A DNA stretch of 64,000 nucleotides from Trichoplax adhaerens (Eukaryota > Animalia > Placozoa). The notes under the pieces were generated by a model that worked only from the letters and a program-made list of their open reading frames with translations, did no database searches and was not told where the DNA came from. Position numbers and translations under genes: made by a program. The stretch lies in NCBI RefSeq assembly GCF_000150275.1, contig NW_002060944.1:9388556-9452555 (forward strand). The letters are read 5' to 3'. Shown in pieces: positions 38,294 to 51,700 of this stretch (position 1 is the first letter of the stretch; every line of letters begins with the position of its first letter).

Positions 38294-41200
38294 TTCATTG
38301 ATTAAGCTTGACTTATATGATCAAAGTATTATTCTATTTATGGTATAGTGGATGACACAATGTAGGCTAAAATATAGAATAAAATATTGCCAATGTGTAA
38401 TTTTAATTGTTGAATATTAAGCTTATTAAGAATAAGCGATTAAATGATTATAAGGGATATTTTAATAAAGAATCAACGATATAATTTTATTAAAATCTTA
38501 CTGTATTAATATTTCTTATCAAAACTTTGACACTGTAAAATTAATCACTCGTAGAAAGCAAACAAGAAATGAGATATTAGATTAAGTAATAAGGTATAGA
38601 GCTTCGATGATAATAAATATCTCAATAGCTAACAACGGAGCGAAATAATTTCAAAAAGTCAACCTATTCGCGTCTGGAAGCTCTTATTAAAATTAATATT
38701 TAAAAGCACAAGCGATCGTTTATAATGCATATAAAGAAAAAATTCTTGACTTGTATTTAGCGAAAAATAGATGTATGGACAATAAGATAGAAGGCAATAA
38801 TAGGAGGATTAATAGAAACTATTGCTGTCTTAGCTTGATTTATCGATAATTTCTAATCTTTTGATGCAGCAGCTTTTGCGTAAATTGTTGATCGCAAAAT
38901 TTAATACTCAGAATGAGATTAATTTCGAGTATGTAGAAAAAATAGCTCTTAACGATAGTATTTTTGTGACGAAGGGTTTTCTTATGGGATGAATAGTGTC
39001 AACTAAACCTGACAATGAATTGACTTCAGTACGTATGCTATATTTAATTTCCTGTCATTTCAATAAGCGATAAACTTGGTAATCAATTTAAAAATGATCC
39101 ATACTATGTGGTTAAATTCTGTTTAAGCTACTACATTAGTTAATATGCGACTGTTTATTGGATATTTCTATCCATGTCAATCACTGTAAATTTATACTGT
39201 ATAGAAAAGCAAAACAAATAATAGCTAGAATACCTGTCGCGAAAATGAAATTTTATTTGTATTGTATTTGGTTGTATAGCGTACATCTTTACTATAATAT
39301 TCTCTACATAATCTGTCTTCAGTTCTATTTTTTTATTCATGAATCCTAATATTATACCCTTTTCTATCAGCGTGGTACACTAAGCCGTTAAATTATAGTG
39401 CCTATAACCTATCACGTGAATTAGCTTGTGAATCAGGTTAACGAAAGTCCCAAGTTAGTACAAAGATCTTCTAGTTTACTCCTTTCTACGCAAATCACTT
39501 AATGACGCTATTTTTGCTGATAATTTCCAAATATTACGTAACTTGCAGTGCTTTGCATATTATTATAAAGCGGAAGAATATTATGTGCCAGAAAGGTTGC
39601 TACAAGAGCCCGTTTCTAAGCAATGTATTAAATACTTGTTTTAATAAATTTACCCCTCAAAAGTGAATAGTAAGATAGTAGTGCCTTTTCCGCTATAAAC
39701 AGGAAAAAATTTCTCAAAGTCTTATTTAAATTTAGTGAAGTTAAAAATATTTTTGTTTGCATTGATCATTAAAGTAGTAATAACCTTCTATTTTATTGTT
39801 CACATTCAGATACTATAAACTATCGATTATTAACTCTTCATTAAACTCCGATTTGCCTAATTTAGTCTAAGACAGAAGAGTACGGTACTGTGATAGCTAC
39901 AGCTATATGGCGACTAGAAAAAGCTAAAATGAGTTTGCTGTAGACAAATGTTAAGAAAGCAATGTGACACACGAAACTCGTAGTTTTAAATATTAGATTA
40001 CAATCTACGGTTGATAATACAGTAAAGATGACTCTCGTTACCCATCTCTTCAAATATAGTTTGTCTAAAGGAATTATTATGTCTTAAACTAAATTCTTTA
40101 TGGATACGGATTAAGATTTTTAAAAATATTTACCTAAATAAAAAATTAAGCTATTAAACTAGAATTGGATTACAAATAAGCAAACGACAATTTATAGTTT
40201 TGACATTTATTTGCAACTAGAATTTTTCGAAGCCAGTACTAAACATGATTAGTAATCTGATTGCAAGTAGTCCAATAAAAAATGGTGCCTCAGTAATTTA
40301 TTTGGCTTAATTTATTATTATGCAAGCCAAAATCAACATTTGTAAACACAGCTATCCGTAAACGTAATAAATAAATCTATAACAATTGCAGCCTACTTTC
40401 AGTTGGCCAACAATGCCAGTTTATAGATTGCTATGAAAGAATGAGATTATCTACTTAATCATAGATAGAGAATTACGATAATCAATTATTTCAATAGCAG
40501 CTAACAATGCAACACATTCTATCCTGATAATAACCATTGTTGTTAAATTCCCATCTTGTTGGTTTATTATTTTCGATAGCCAGACTAAATCACTAGATAC
40601 AACTTTAATTTCCTAATTATAGTAAATTTTAGAGAATCTATTGTATTAAAAATTAGGAATACCATAACAGCAAATTTTTAACATCCTGTTCAGCCCCTTA
40701 CAGTAAATAACTTTTAAAATTTAATTAAAATAAATTAGTTTTGTGATTTCTATCTTATAATCGAATAGCCGATTTAAGAAAAATTCATTAGTCCTATCGG
40801 TCGACCTTGATAAAAGTTAAACTAGATTTACGTAGCACATAAAAAGTAGTACAGTTCGGTAGTAAAGTAGTTCAAGTTAATTTCAAGTGGGGGAATATCA
40901 AGAAAACTTAAGATATTGTACGTAATTTTTTTGATAATTTGGTTTGTTTGAGGCAGTAATCTGGCCTTTATTGTAATTCTTTTAAAGTTACTTAAAATTT
41001 AAATAAACTGGCATTTTCCTCTATTTTAGCGAAAAATTGCAAAGTGGCTATTCGTTTTTAGTAAAGTTAATGCTTTTCTCATTTTTATTTCTGCTATTGA
41101 AAGATGTAGAGTTATATTGCTCACGCCTAAAAGCAGGAATATCGAAAAGAAATTATTCCGATATAAATTACTGACCAAGTAATGCAAAAGCAATTTATTT

Positions 41201-43094
41201 AGTATGCATGCATCTTTGAAACACAAATGAAATATGGACGGAAATGAGATCGAAATTAACCTTGAATTATTTATACTTTAAAAATAAAAATATTAACCAT
41301 TTATTACGATCGAAAGTTCCTGCATCATCACTAACAATATTGACTGTAGATTAATTGTCAAATTATGTTTTCGACTTTTCACGTGTAACTTTGTTTGCTA
41401 TTATTTCTTCACTATTGCGTCATACTTTTTACTGTAACTTCATTTTAAACTTCATGTAAACATGAAAGTCTGCGGGTCAATTTCATTAAGCCTTCATAAA
41501 GGGGCAAACAAGAGTTTGAAATATAAGTAATCTTATATTACGAGCATAATTGAAAAGAGTAAACCCCATTATCTTAAGTATAGAATTAGAAGCAATATTA
41601 TTGAAATTTAAGTTATTATCAAGTTGCCAATTTTCATTACTCGAATGAAATAATATGCAATATCTTTTTATCGGCGTTGCATCGTAATATTTCAAGCACT
41701 CCAATTATAGCTTTTCTATCCTGTCAGTCTGAAGATTTTACGACCTTAACTTAGACTCGAGTTGAAAGATATCAAATTGCAGTTTATGCCACGGTACAGA
41801 TTAAATGATGGCTATAAATAGGATTTTAACGAAATAGACCTGCATCATCCGATCCTTCCGGAGCGTATAATCTGTTCTATAATTATAATTTCAAAAATTT
41901 CTATAATTTCTTTATCTCTTGACAGCTCCGATTAATCCATATCTATTTGCAGATTAAATGGGTAAAGTTCAAATCCATTGAGTAGCAACACAATATTAGA
42001 ATAATGATGCAATCGATATAAGCATTCAATAACATAAGTAAGTTAACCATCCTTAAAAGTGTAATTTACTTTCATTCATCATAGGTGATCTAATGACATA
42101 CATATATTTATTGCTACACTCACGGATTTTTAAATTTAATTATAATTATTATTAAGTAGGGAACCATAGCCACTATTTCTCAATTAGAAGTCGCTTCGAT
42201 ATAAATACATCGCTCTAGACACTACTTAAATCGTTTGTCTCGCAATAACCTTGGTGACTCAACAATTATCCAAAGTAAAACTAGCGTTTACTTTCTTAAC
42301 CTCTCATCAAGCATCTCTAATGCACCTTACTTAATATAAGACCTTAGCCACAGTCAAACACAAACTTCAAATCTAGTTAAATTATTATATTAAAGAGGTA
42401 ACGTACTCTGCTAAGTAACTCCAAATGTAACTTATTATTAATTACTTTAGTAGCTGGCTTATATGCCTTTGTACTGCTATTTACAGATTTTCGTGCAAGG
42501 AAATATTAATGAACAACTTAATAAATAAGTTACTTGACCATATAGCAATTGTTCCAGTAATTATAATTATTAACCGTGAAGGAAAAAACGCAACATGCTG
42601 CTTTCAATGTCATTTGCAGAATGAATTTTATTGCTTACCACTGATTTCACAACATACGATCACTTTATTAGCCTGCTGCAACTTCCTCTATAGAAGGCCT
42701 ATTCATAGATAAACTACAACGACATGGCCAATATTAACCATAGATTTCACAAAATATTATTCTGGTGATAGGTTTACTACATAACTTGTCAGAGAAGGTG
42801 TCTTACTCATAGAAAAATAAATTTTACCTTCGTTTTTATTGAAGAATTTAATCATTTCAGTATTACCCAATATATTTATTTAAAGACTGATATTGATAAT
42901 TTCTATTAATCTAATTCTTTATTGGAAGATGTTGTACCTTTCCTTAATTTTCCTGCTGAGTTATCATTTGCGGTATATAGATTGCGGCCAATATCCGAAA
43001 TTAAGGTATCATGAGGGAAGAAATTGCGATAAAAATGAAAGCAACTCAACGTATAAGTCTTTGATTGTGGTTTTCATCATATGTAGTCACAACA

Positions 43095-43645
43095 GAGGTT
43101 GATGGTCAGTAGTATTTGCAAAGGGACGTCCTTCCAGATACATTCGGAAAGTTCTTATTTCCCAAATCACTGCTAGCCACTCTTTCTCTACCGTAGAATA
43201 ATTCTTTTCGGCTTCAGTTATTTCCTACTAGCTTAGACCACAGGGTGTTACCATGGTGTGATTGCGTTAATACTGCATCAATGCCTAGATTTGAAGCATC
43301 GGTTTGTAAAGCAATTGGTAACTCTTCGCCGATGACCCATAATATTGGCGCTTTTACTAAATGTTGTTTTAATAATCTAAAGGCTTTATCGCAGTCTTTT
43401 GACCAGTTTACCTTGTTAGATTCTTTCTTAAAGATTTGGCGTATCAAAGGTTCGGTTATCATGGCATAATTAGGGATTAATTTTCGATAATAGCCAGTCA
43501 ATCCAAGAATGCCCTAAAGTCTCTCTTAATTTTCGGCTGCGAAAATCTTTCCACTGTTTCTAGTTTGAGCTGTTTCGATCGTGCTATCCCAGAGCCAATC
43601 TCGTGCCCGAAGTACGTTACTGTTCCGTCTGCAAACGTACACTAA
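43095..43645 (-). mobile_element. Ty3/gypsy pol remnant (RT thumb to RNase H), degenerate
   Basis: VTYLGHEIG, FLGLTGYYRKLIPNYA, LQTDASNLGIDAVLTQ, EKNYSTVEKEWLAVIW and TDHQPL motifs, with a stop and a frameshift; LTR-like end CTCCGTAACA at ~43685. Confidence 0.9.
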
Positions 43646-44399
43646 ATCTACTTAATTATCATGTACGGTGCTTTGCTCCGTAACATACTTACTAATTTTC
43701 TTTCTATTTCTTGAACAAACATTTCATTAATTGTATATTATGACTTGGCTGATTGTATGATAGAGCATATTGTGATATGACTATTTTGTGTCGGTAATCG
43801 GATATCGAAGTCCTTAATTATTTATGATATTAATTAGGTATTCAGATATAAATTTGCTACCTGACTTGTAGGTACTATTGATACTAATTATAACTTCTAG
43901 CTACCACACAAATATATATAAACCAGGCATATCGCATAATTGAGCTGGATTTTAAGCTCATGTATCCGCAAGACCTTTTGACTATAAACTTTTTTAGGCA
44001 AATTACACATCTAATTTTTATTCACGTATTTTAAAAAATCATGGAATTTCTCAACGATCAATTACCTGCATATCATCAAGATTTTCGACGTAGTATTAAA
44101 TTGCTATATTAAGATGCGTTTATCGTAACTACCTGTATGCTATATTTTGTTATTTTAAGAGCTAATTGCTTACTTAAGGATTATACAGTAAGTAAATCGT
44201 AACTTTCATAAAAAGTTTTTATGGAGATGAGAGCTGAGACAGTTTCAATGATTAAAAACTATGAATTCAGTTTAATTACCACAGCTCTTTTGATGCAAGA
44301 GCAAAGATCCGTTTTTATCATTATTATGTTAAGGTACGGTAACTAATATAACTCGATTAGCAAATAAGTAAGATTGCTTTGATAATTTTTACTCATTTT

Positions 44400-46980
44400 T
44401 ACTTCCAGAGTCTCGCTCTAGGTGTCTATCTGCATCAAGCAATCTCTACACTCAATATAACATCCTTTATGCGCGTATATAATTTAATCAATTTCACGAT
44501 TTCTTGTTTTATCTGCTAACGGCAACATTTTTCAGCAGAACTAAATAAAATTTCTTCCACTTTCCGTCAATAACTTGCAATTTCCCTCGTCTCACTTGAC
44601 TTAACACATATCACGGTAAGGTACCAATCTCAACTTCTCACACTGATTTTGTTATTTTTCTCATAAAATCTGGATAAAACTGGACCTGTATAGAGTTTCA
44701 TCCGTCATATATTACTGTAATCGAGTAATAAGTCATCAGCTGTCTATCAATGCATTACAAAAATTGAGAATACCTCCGTTTTTCCCGCACTATCTGAGCA
44801 AATTCTATAGGCTGGGAGTGTAAAGAAAACACTATTACTGTAGCACAATGAGTTATAACTAATTCATTAACTTAATGATCGAAGTGTTTCTATGTATTGG
44901 TATACTAGTAATTAATCAGTAATACTATTCAACTATCGCAAATGTCGATAGAAAATATCTTAAAGCTTAATCTCTGTATTGATTAGCATCTTCTCAGAGG
45001 TACTGTTGAGTTTTTATTACAATTGTTATTCAGAATTTAAACCAATTTGTTCATTAATTAACCCCTTGGTCTTAATCATCTCAATTGGATAATGCGCATT
45101 GCATGATTACGATTTAAGATATAGAACCTACGGAAGATGTATTATAATGTGCGAATAGCTAACGTTGCTATTAACTGATGTAAAATGGGTATAGGTGTAA
45201 GTGATTTAAATTAAAAAGGATGGAATAGTTTCTATTAGGAATAACTTTAGAAAAAGTCTTCCTTTAGTTCATCTTTAACTGTTGACTAACTTATGTTTCT
45301 GTTTTCCTGTTTACTTTACTATAATTTGCCTACAAATTAGAGTGCTGTGGGAAACTTTGAACTAATGCTGTTTATATTTGGTATTTTACTGTTTGCTTTA
45401 CGATGATCGGCTTTTACAGGAGACTTTTTCAGATTAAATTATTATGCTGTTTACTCTATAACAATTAATTGATTAGATTAGTTGTAGAAAAAATTTTAAT
45501 AAAGAGACGTACTATAAGAACCGCTTGCATACTTACAGGAGAGAATGAGCGAGAAAATGAATGATGCAGTAGAAAATTTTCTCATAGTGTTTGTAAACGG
45601 TTTGTAAACCAGTTTACTAAGTAGATGATATAGTAAATAGATTAAGCCAAAATTTTATCTTTTCTTATACTAACAATTTCCTGCAAATCTAGTAAAAAAT
45701 AGTCGCTTTAATTGCAATTCACTTTTCACATCCTTTTTTTTCTAGAAACAAATTGTTTTAAAACTAGATTTATCTTCGACACAGCATTTAAGCATTTATT
45801 GATTTCAACTTTCTTACGACTATCACTGAAATCTTGGATTAAGTAGTGTTCTCTCGCATCGTTTCAAGATTATTTTTGCCACTTAACTTCATTATTCTAA
45901 TCATTTACCTGTCTTCTTAATGATACCTCCCTGGTACCTATTTTGTAACTTTTCTTCAAGAAACTTTCAAATTATTAATCTTTAATTTAAACTGCCCAAG
46001 GTTTAGAAAATCTAATAATCATCCACCTTACTGTAAAAGTGCAGATTTAATCACTGTCTTAATCGTTATGCTGAATTATTTTGCGTCTAGCAGCATCATG
46101 AGCCTAATGCGACGAAGCGTATTTCCATTCCATTTGCAGCATTATCCACGGCGATAGTGATCCATTCTTAAGGAATGGATCCAGATATTAACCATCATAT
46201 TTGGCTTCACTAGCGTATACGCATTGAGTAACTTAATACCATCTTGATATTGATTACAAATCAAACATTATTTTATAAATGAATTATTTTCACCGTAAAT
46301 CAACATATTTGAACTTTGCCCAATATTGGAAATAGAATCTGTATTGTATACGTGACCATATTAATATGGTAGATAATTAGCTAGAATATACTAACGTAAT
46401 CACTACGTGAGGCATTATGCTATTGTAATACGGTTATAATTAATCTAGAAAACGACTTATTATCTTGATACGTAGATAAGTAATATCACATCGTCTTGAT
46501 GAATTAGACTCCGATAAACATTCAATTTCGGCATCGTTGCCATTTCGAACAACTAATATAAGATACAATCCTGCTATATAAATAATTTTTTTTTATATTT
46601 TCAACCTTGATATTTGGAAATAATCATTCCTTCTACACCGTGACGTTATAAATATAAATAATAACACTAATTTAATCCAAATGATTGTTTACTACTGCAT
46701 TTCAATCTTAGTACAAATTACCTTGATAATAAAATTTTTTTCTTTCAATGACGACAAATTCTTCTATCACAACTAACACCTTTTGCATTCTTCCAAAGAA
46801 ACCAGTTAAATATTATCCCATTTATTAATGGTTTCATAACTTAACATTTTAATTTACTCTGAATGCATTAATTTAATCTCGGATAATACTTTATCGCTTT
46901 GATGACAAAAAGCCGTCTCAATGCATCCGATGATATTGTACGAGTAGATTGATGATTATTATTTCTTTAACGTCATTGCT
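44400..46980 (-). pseudogene. Possible heavily decayed CARD/NB-ARC (APAF-1-like) gene
   Basis: Only weak fragments: DALRRLLSSKR*SIIRD, LVSLEEC, WITIAV, KLRLVPYRD (compare ILVTTRD), EEILF...EIVKL. Many stops. Confidence 0.2.
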
Positions 46981-46999
46981 AAATAACTAAAATCAAATA

Positions 47000-47905
47000 C
47001 TAACCTATTTATAATTGGCATACCTATAGATTATTTAACGTGCTTCTATTAAGTAAAGTACTAAGTGAGAAAACTTATTCACGACGGCATCAATCAATCA
47101 ATCAATCTAGTCAAGGATTGCAATCCAATTCGATTGATGACATCAAATCTGGCCCATAAGTCAGACATTACGTCACTATTTTGTTAACGCCAAACATTCT
47201 ACCCTAAGAACACGCTTTACACGAAGGATTCTATCCACTAATTTATTCATGATTGGCACACCTAAAGCTTATCTAATGAGCTACTTTTAAGTTAACTACT
47301 AAATGAGAAAGCTTATTTATGACGCTATCAACCAATCTAGATAAGGATTACAAACGACTTCAATTGGTAACATCAAATCTGACCGGCAAGTCAGATATTT
47401 GGTCACTGCAGCCTTAACCTTAAGTATCACCTCTATCAACATGTTTTACACGAAGGACTTTAACTACTAGCCTATTATGATTGGCACACCTTAAGATTAT
47501 TTAATATTTTCTTGACACCCGGGCAAAATACTCTATCAACACGTTTAATAGAAGGAATTTATTTACTAAGTTAGTTATGATTGGCACACCTAAAGGTTAA
47601 TTAATGTTCTCTGAACCCCAAACATTATACTCAATCAACACATTTTTAGGAAGGATTTTATCCACCAAGCTATTATGATTGGCACACCTACAGATTATTT
47701 AATGAGCTACTTTTTAAGTTAACTACTAAATGAGAGCACTTCTTCATAACGGTATCAATCAGTCAATTAATTAATCAATTTAGATGAGGATTGCAATCGA
47801 CTTCGATCGGTAACATCGAATCTGATCCTCAAGTCCGACATTTCGCCACGGCTTTCTTAACACAAAGCATTCTACTCTACCAATACATTTTATAGGAAGA
47901 ATTTT
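47000..47905. repeat. Compound tandem repeat (units ~230 and ~100 bp) with core TATGATTGGCACACCT
   Basis: ATTGG cores at 47014, 47252, 47480, 47580 and 47678 (spacings 238, 228, 100, 98). Confidence 0.85.
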
Positions 47906-48707
47906 GTCGTGTAGCTTCAAAGATGCTACCTCCCGCTAACAGTGATAATAACGTAACGTAATTCTTAATATTAATAGTAAGATAAGATCAAAGGACATTC
48001 ATCTCTAATAATCATATTAGCGCATTATCTATCAAGCAATTGTTCTGTGACAATAGCTGCAACAATAAAATTAACCTCGCAGTTTATGATTTATACTCTT
48101 ACTATTGAACATTAAATTATCTATTGTGATTCCATGCAACCAAGGTTTGACGTAATAATAAAATATGTTGATGACTTAATTTTAGATTAGACTTAATTTT
48201 ACATGCTGTCAAGTTATTTAACGATCAATTCTTCAATCCCACCTTACTGTATTCAATCTAGACATCATTTCTTACAAGTTACTTCCAGTAATAGTCGCTA
48301 CTTTGGGTACCGTATAGGACTTAATTTATCTTTTCCTTTTCCAACTTTTTTCTCTATTCCGATTGAGCTTATTAAATCGATCATCTGTAAGTGGTAATAG
48401 ATAATTCGTTGTAACATAATCTCTACAAGATTGATCATTTTGAAACGTATGTCTGTAAGTGCTAGTAAGGATTAACCGTTGCTAACATATTCTTAACAAT
48501 TTAAGCGTATTATTTCATATTGCCACATTAATTATCGGAGATGAGTAAAAAGGGTTAGTTTTAGTGGATTATGTGTGTTATCTTATAGAGAAGTGTGACA
48601 AGGCATCTTCTTACATTTGTAATGGATAGATTAATATCGATTTTATCAGTTTATCAACTGATGTCTGTTCTTTCTTAACCAGAGCTTAAATTTATCAAGC
48701 AATCAAG

Positions 48708-51700
48708 ATGTTAATGCTACATTGTATTCTGATTTTATCTTGTATGATGCAACAAGGTAAGGTATCTACTTACAATCCAACAATATTTCTATCTATTACA
48801 AGATTACAATGTATTATATGCAAATGTTATTCCATTACAGTATTTGGTCTACCATATTGCTATGGATTTGTTTCGGGCACAATCTGGTTCGATGTTAATG
48901 TAGCAGGAAAAAATGAAACAACGGTCATCAATTTCTGCCGATCAACATTCTACTTTGGTAGTAACTCCAATACAGGTGGGCGTGAGAATATTAACAGATA
49001 CAGGCGTAACCTATTTCTAATTTATTTAACTTCTTAAAAACAGCAATTAATGATGGTAGAACATTTATCACCAATAGAGTCCGTTAATTATATAATTACT
49101 GATCAGCTTTTATTTCTTCTCTATCCTCATCTTTCGTTATCTTTACCTACCTACGTCATGGCTAACCTTCTATCGTGATTTTTATTTATTCATTCCATGG
49201 CAATGCAACTGATTCTTAACTAAACATTTGACTTTGTAGTTATGAATTTGAGTAGATGATAAGAGGATCCTTAGATGTGGATTCAAGCAGATAATCTGGT
49301 TATTTTTTTTATTATAATGTCGATAATTCTCCGTTAAATTTAATTTGTTATTTACTTAGCCCTATGACGTCGATGATGATCAAAATCAATTTTGAAATTC
49401 TTTACATAACTGTCAATGCAATTTATCAATTTATTTATACGATATCAATAGCGTAGGAGTCCAAATGTCAGTAGATGATGAAAAGAAAGTTGCCGTAAAT
49501 AACGTCCTAAATAACTACGATCAAAGGTGCTAATAGCCACAAATTATCCCATCATTAGTGCTGCATTTAATTCTAATTATTAATATCATTGCAGATGCTT
49601 AGAAAGAAGAGTTTGAAACTTTACGCTTGTTTCTTTATGCTGGAAAGATCGCTTTTGCATTCTTACATCATACCCAATTTCTTGAAAATAGCTACCGATT
49701 GAGTTATAGCATCTTAGATTTTAGTATCAGCTGGTCATCCTGAATAGGTTATAAACAAAGGAATACATTTAGCTACAGTAAGCTATCTATCATCCCCCTT
49801 CAACGGGATTATGCACCACTCTAAACGGTACTTCAAGATAATATGACGTATACAATTACTTCTATTCGCAAAAATTTTAATTGTTAGCCTAAACTCTTCG
49901 ATATTATGGTTCACTTTAATAACCCCAATAGGAAATTAGTGAGATCGTTCTTGTACAAATGCAAAGTATATGGCTATCGAAATGGTAAAAAATACAATAT
50001 AACAAGAACTGACATAAAATGCCAAAGGGTTACTTTTTAATTAGCAGCACTAAATTTGAAAATGCTCAATTATAAATGCAAACTTATAAAGTGTGATCAT
50101 TATCAGCCTCTAATCCAGTAATACTACCGTATCAGATTAAATAGTATGATTCTGGATTATCAAGATAGAAAGGAACAGGTTATAATCAGTGAGAATAAAT
50201 CTTGATGATAAAAATTTCAAAGATGAAAATTACTGGTACTATGTACACTTTAAATTTCAACAAATGACATTAGATCAGATAGTAATTGTAAAATGCGATT
50301 CTTCTAACAAAAATCGATTAAAAGCATATTTGCTATGGAAGGAGTGCTAAATTAGCTACAGGTTTTCCTTGTATTTTAATTACGGAATTAAATTAGATAG
50401 CTCAATAAATTTAGAGTGTTGCGGAGATAAGTTCCTGAGTATAAAATAACTGTCATATTTGCTTTCAACTATAGCCTTCAGAATTCAATCCAAGTTCATC
50501 CGCATCGCTCTTCGTATCTTCTACTATACCTTTGAAATTGATTACATAGCACCGAAGTGTATATTAAATCGTCAAAGTCTGAAAACTAGTTCGGAAGTAA
50601 TTTAGTTATAAAAACGTACATAGTAAAGAAAGAAATTAAAATCATTTATTTGCCTATTACAGAATGAATCTCGATATAGCAGTACCACTTTCTAAGTCTT
50701 GAAGTGTATTCTAAGTTATCATGCTATTAATTTTATCCATTTAAAACTAAATTTTTAGCACCATCGATCATAAAATGTCGAAATTGTAACTTGAATGAAT
50801 GTATTTCATTAACTATAAAGTAAATCTTATTCAATTTCGTCTGTAGAATAATCCAATACCATATTTTAACCTAAATTTGATCTTTTTCTACCGTATAAAA
50901 ATCCTACCTTGTAATTAAGTCAACGTTATATTCATATCTTGAATTAAGGAATGACTTATAAAAAAATATTGAAATCATAACGGAGCAGACATTTTGCCCG
51001 ATCTCCTTTACTAAATATTTTTCATAAGCATTTATTTTATTCGTTTAATACATAGTACTGAGTGGCTTGGCAACACTGCCATGTCGAAAGACAGGAAGTG
51101 AATGGTCCTTAGGAAACGAGACGGAAGTAAATTTATGCGGATGTCGATTCACAGCCATGCAGCAACTACACCAGTCTGTTCAGGTTGTACAAAATAAAAT
51201 TTCAATCTGTTTCAAGCAATTTAATGCGTTGATATAACTCACCAAAAATTAAGTTGTGCTAATAGATATGGATATCGATCCTATTTTTATTGTGCAGAAC
51301 CTTACCAACACTACGTTGGATAGCTCCGTTTTCTCCTCTAGCATCGAAGTGGATGCAATCTTGCAAAATTCTTTCTATACCCGTCCTGTGAAAGTATTCG
51401 GTAAAGCACTTCATGTTGAAGATGCAATTGAAACAGTCTATCGCTTATTTCAATTACATGTTGGTCGTACATATCAAGTGAATAAGACCAAGATATGGAC
51501 CGCTAATGTAGGTTAATTTGTATGCTACTGGCATGATGCTGAATCATAATGAACTTGAACTAATCTTACACCCTTTGATCTTCATATTTTATTGATCAAA
51601 GTGCTTATATCAAGCTGCAAGCCGAATTATCAACATAACAGCATGCAATAATGTATGTAAAATACATTACGCAAATTAATTAATTCTAATATACTGAATC

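Noticed and set aside
41000-42050. Coding-like minus-strand fragments (two SDDAG motifs)
   Set aside because: Many stops and no recognisable family.
43245-43469. Plus-strand 74-aa ORF
   Set aside because: Antisense shadow of the gypsy pol remnant.
47000-47905. CRISPR-like spaced ~30-bp repeat
   Set aside because: The 'spacers' are homologous to each other and 70-200 bp long; eukaryotic context; no cas genes.
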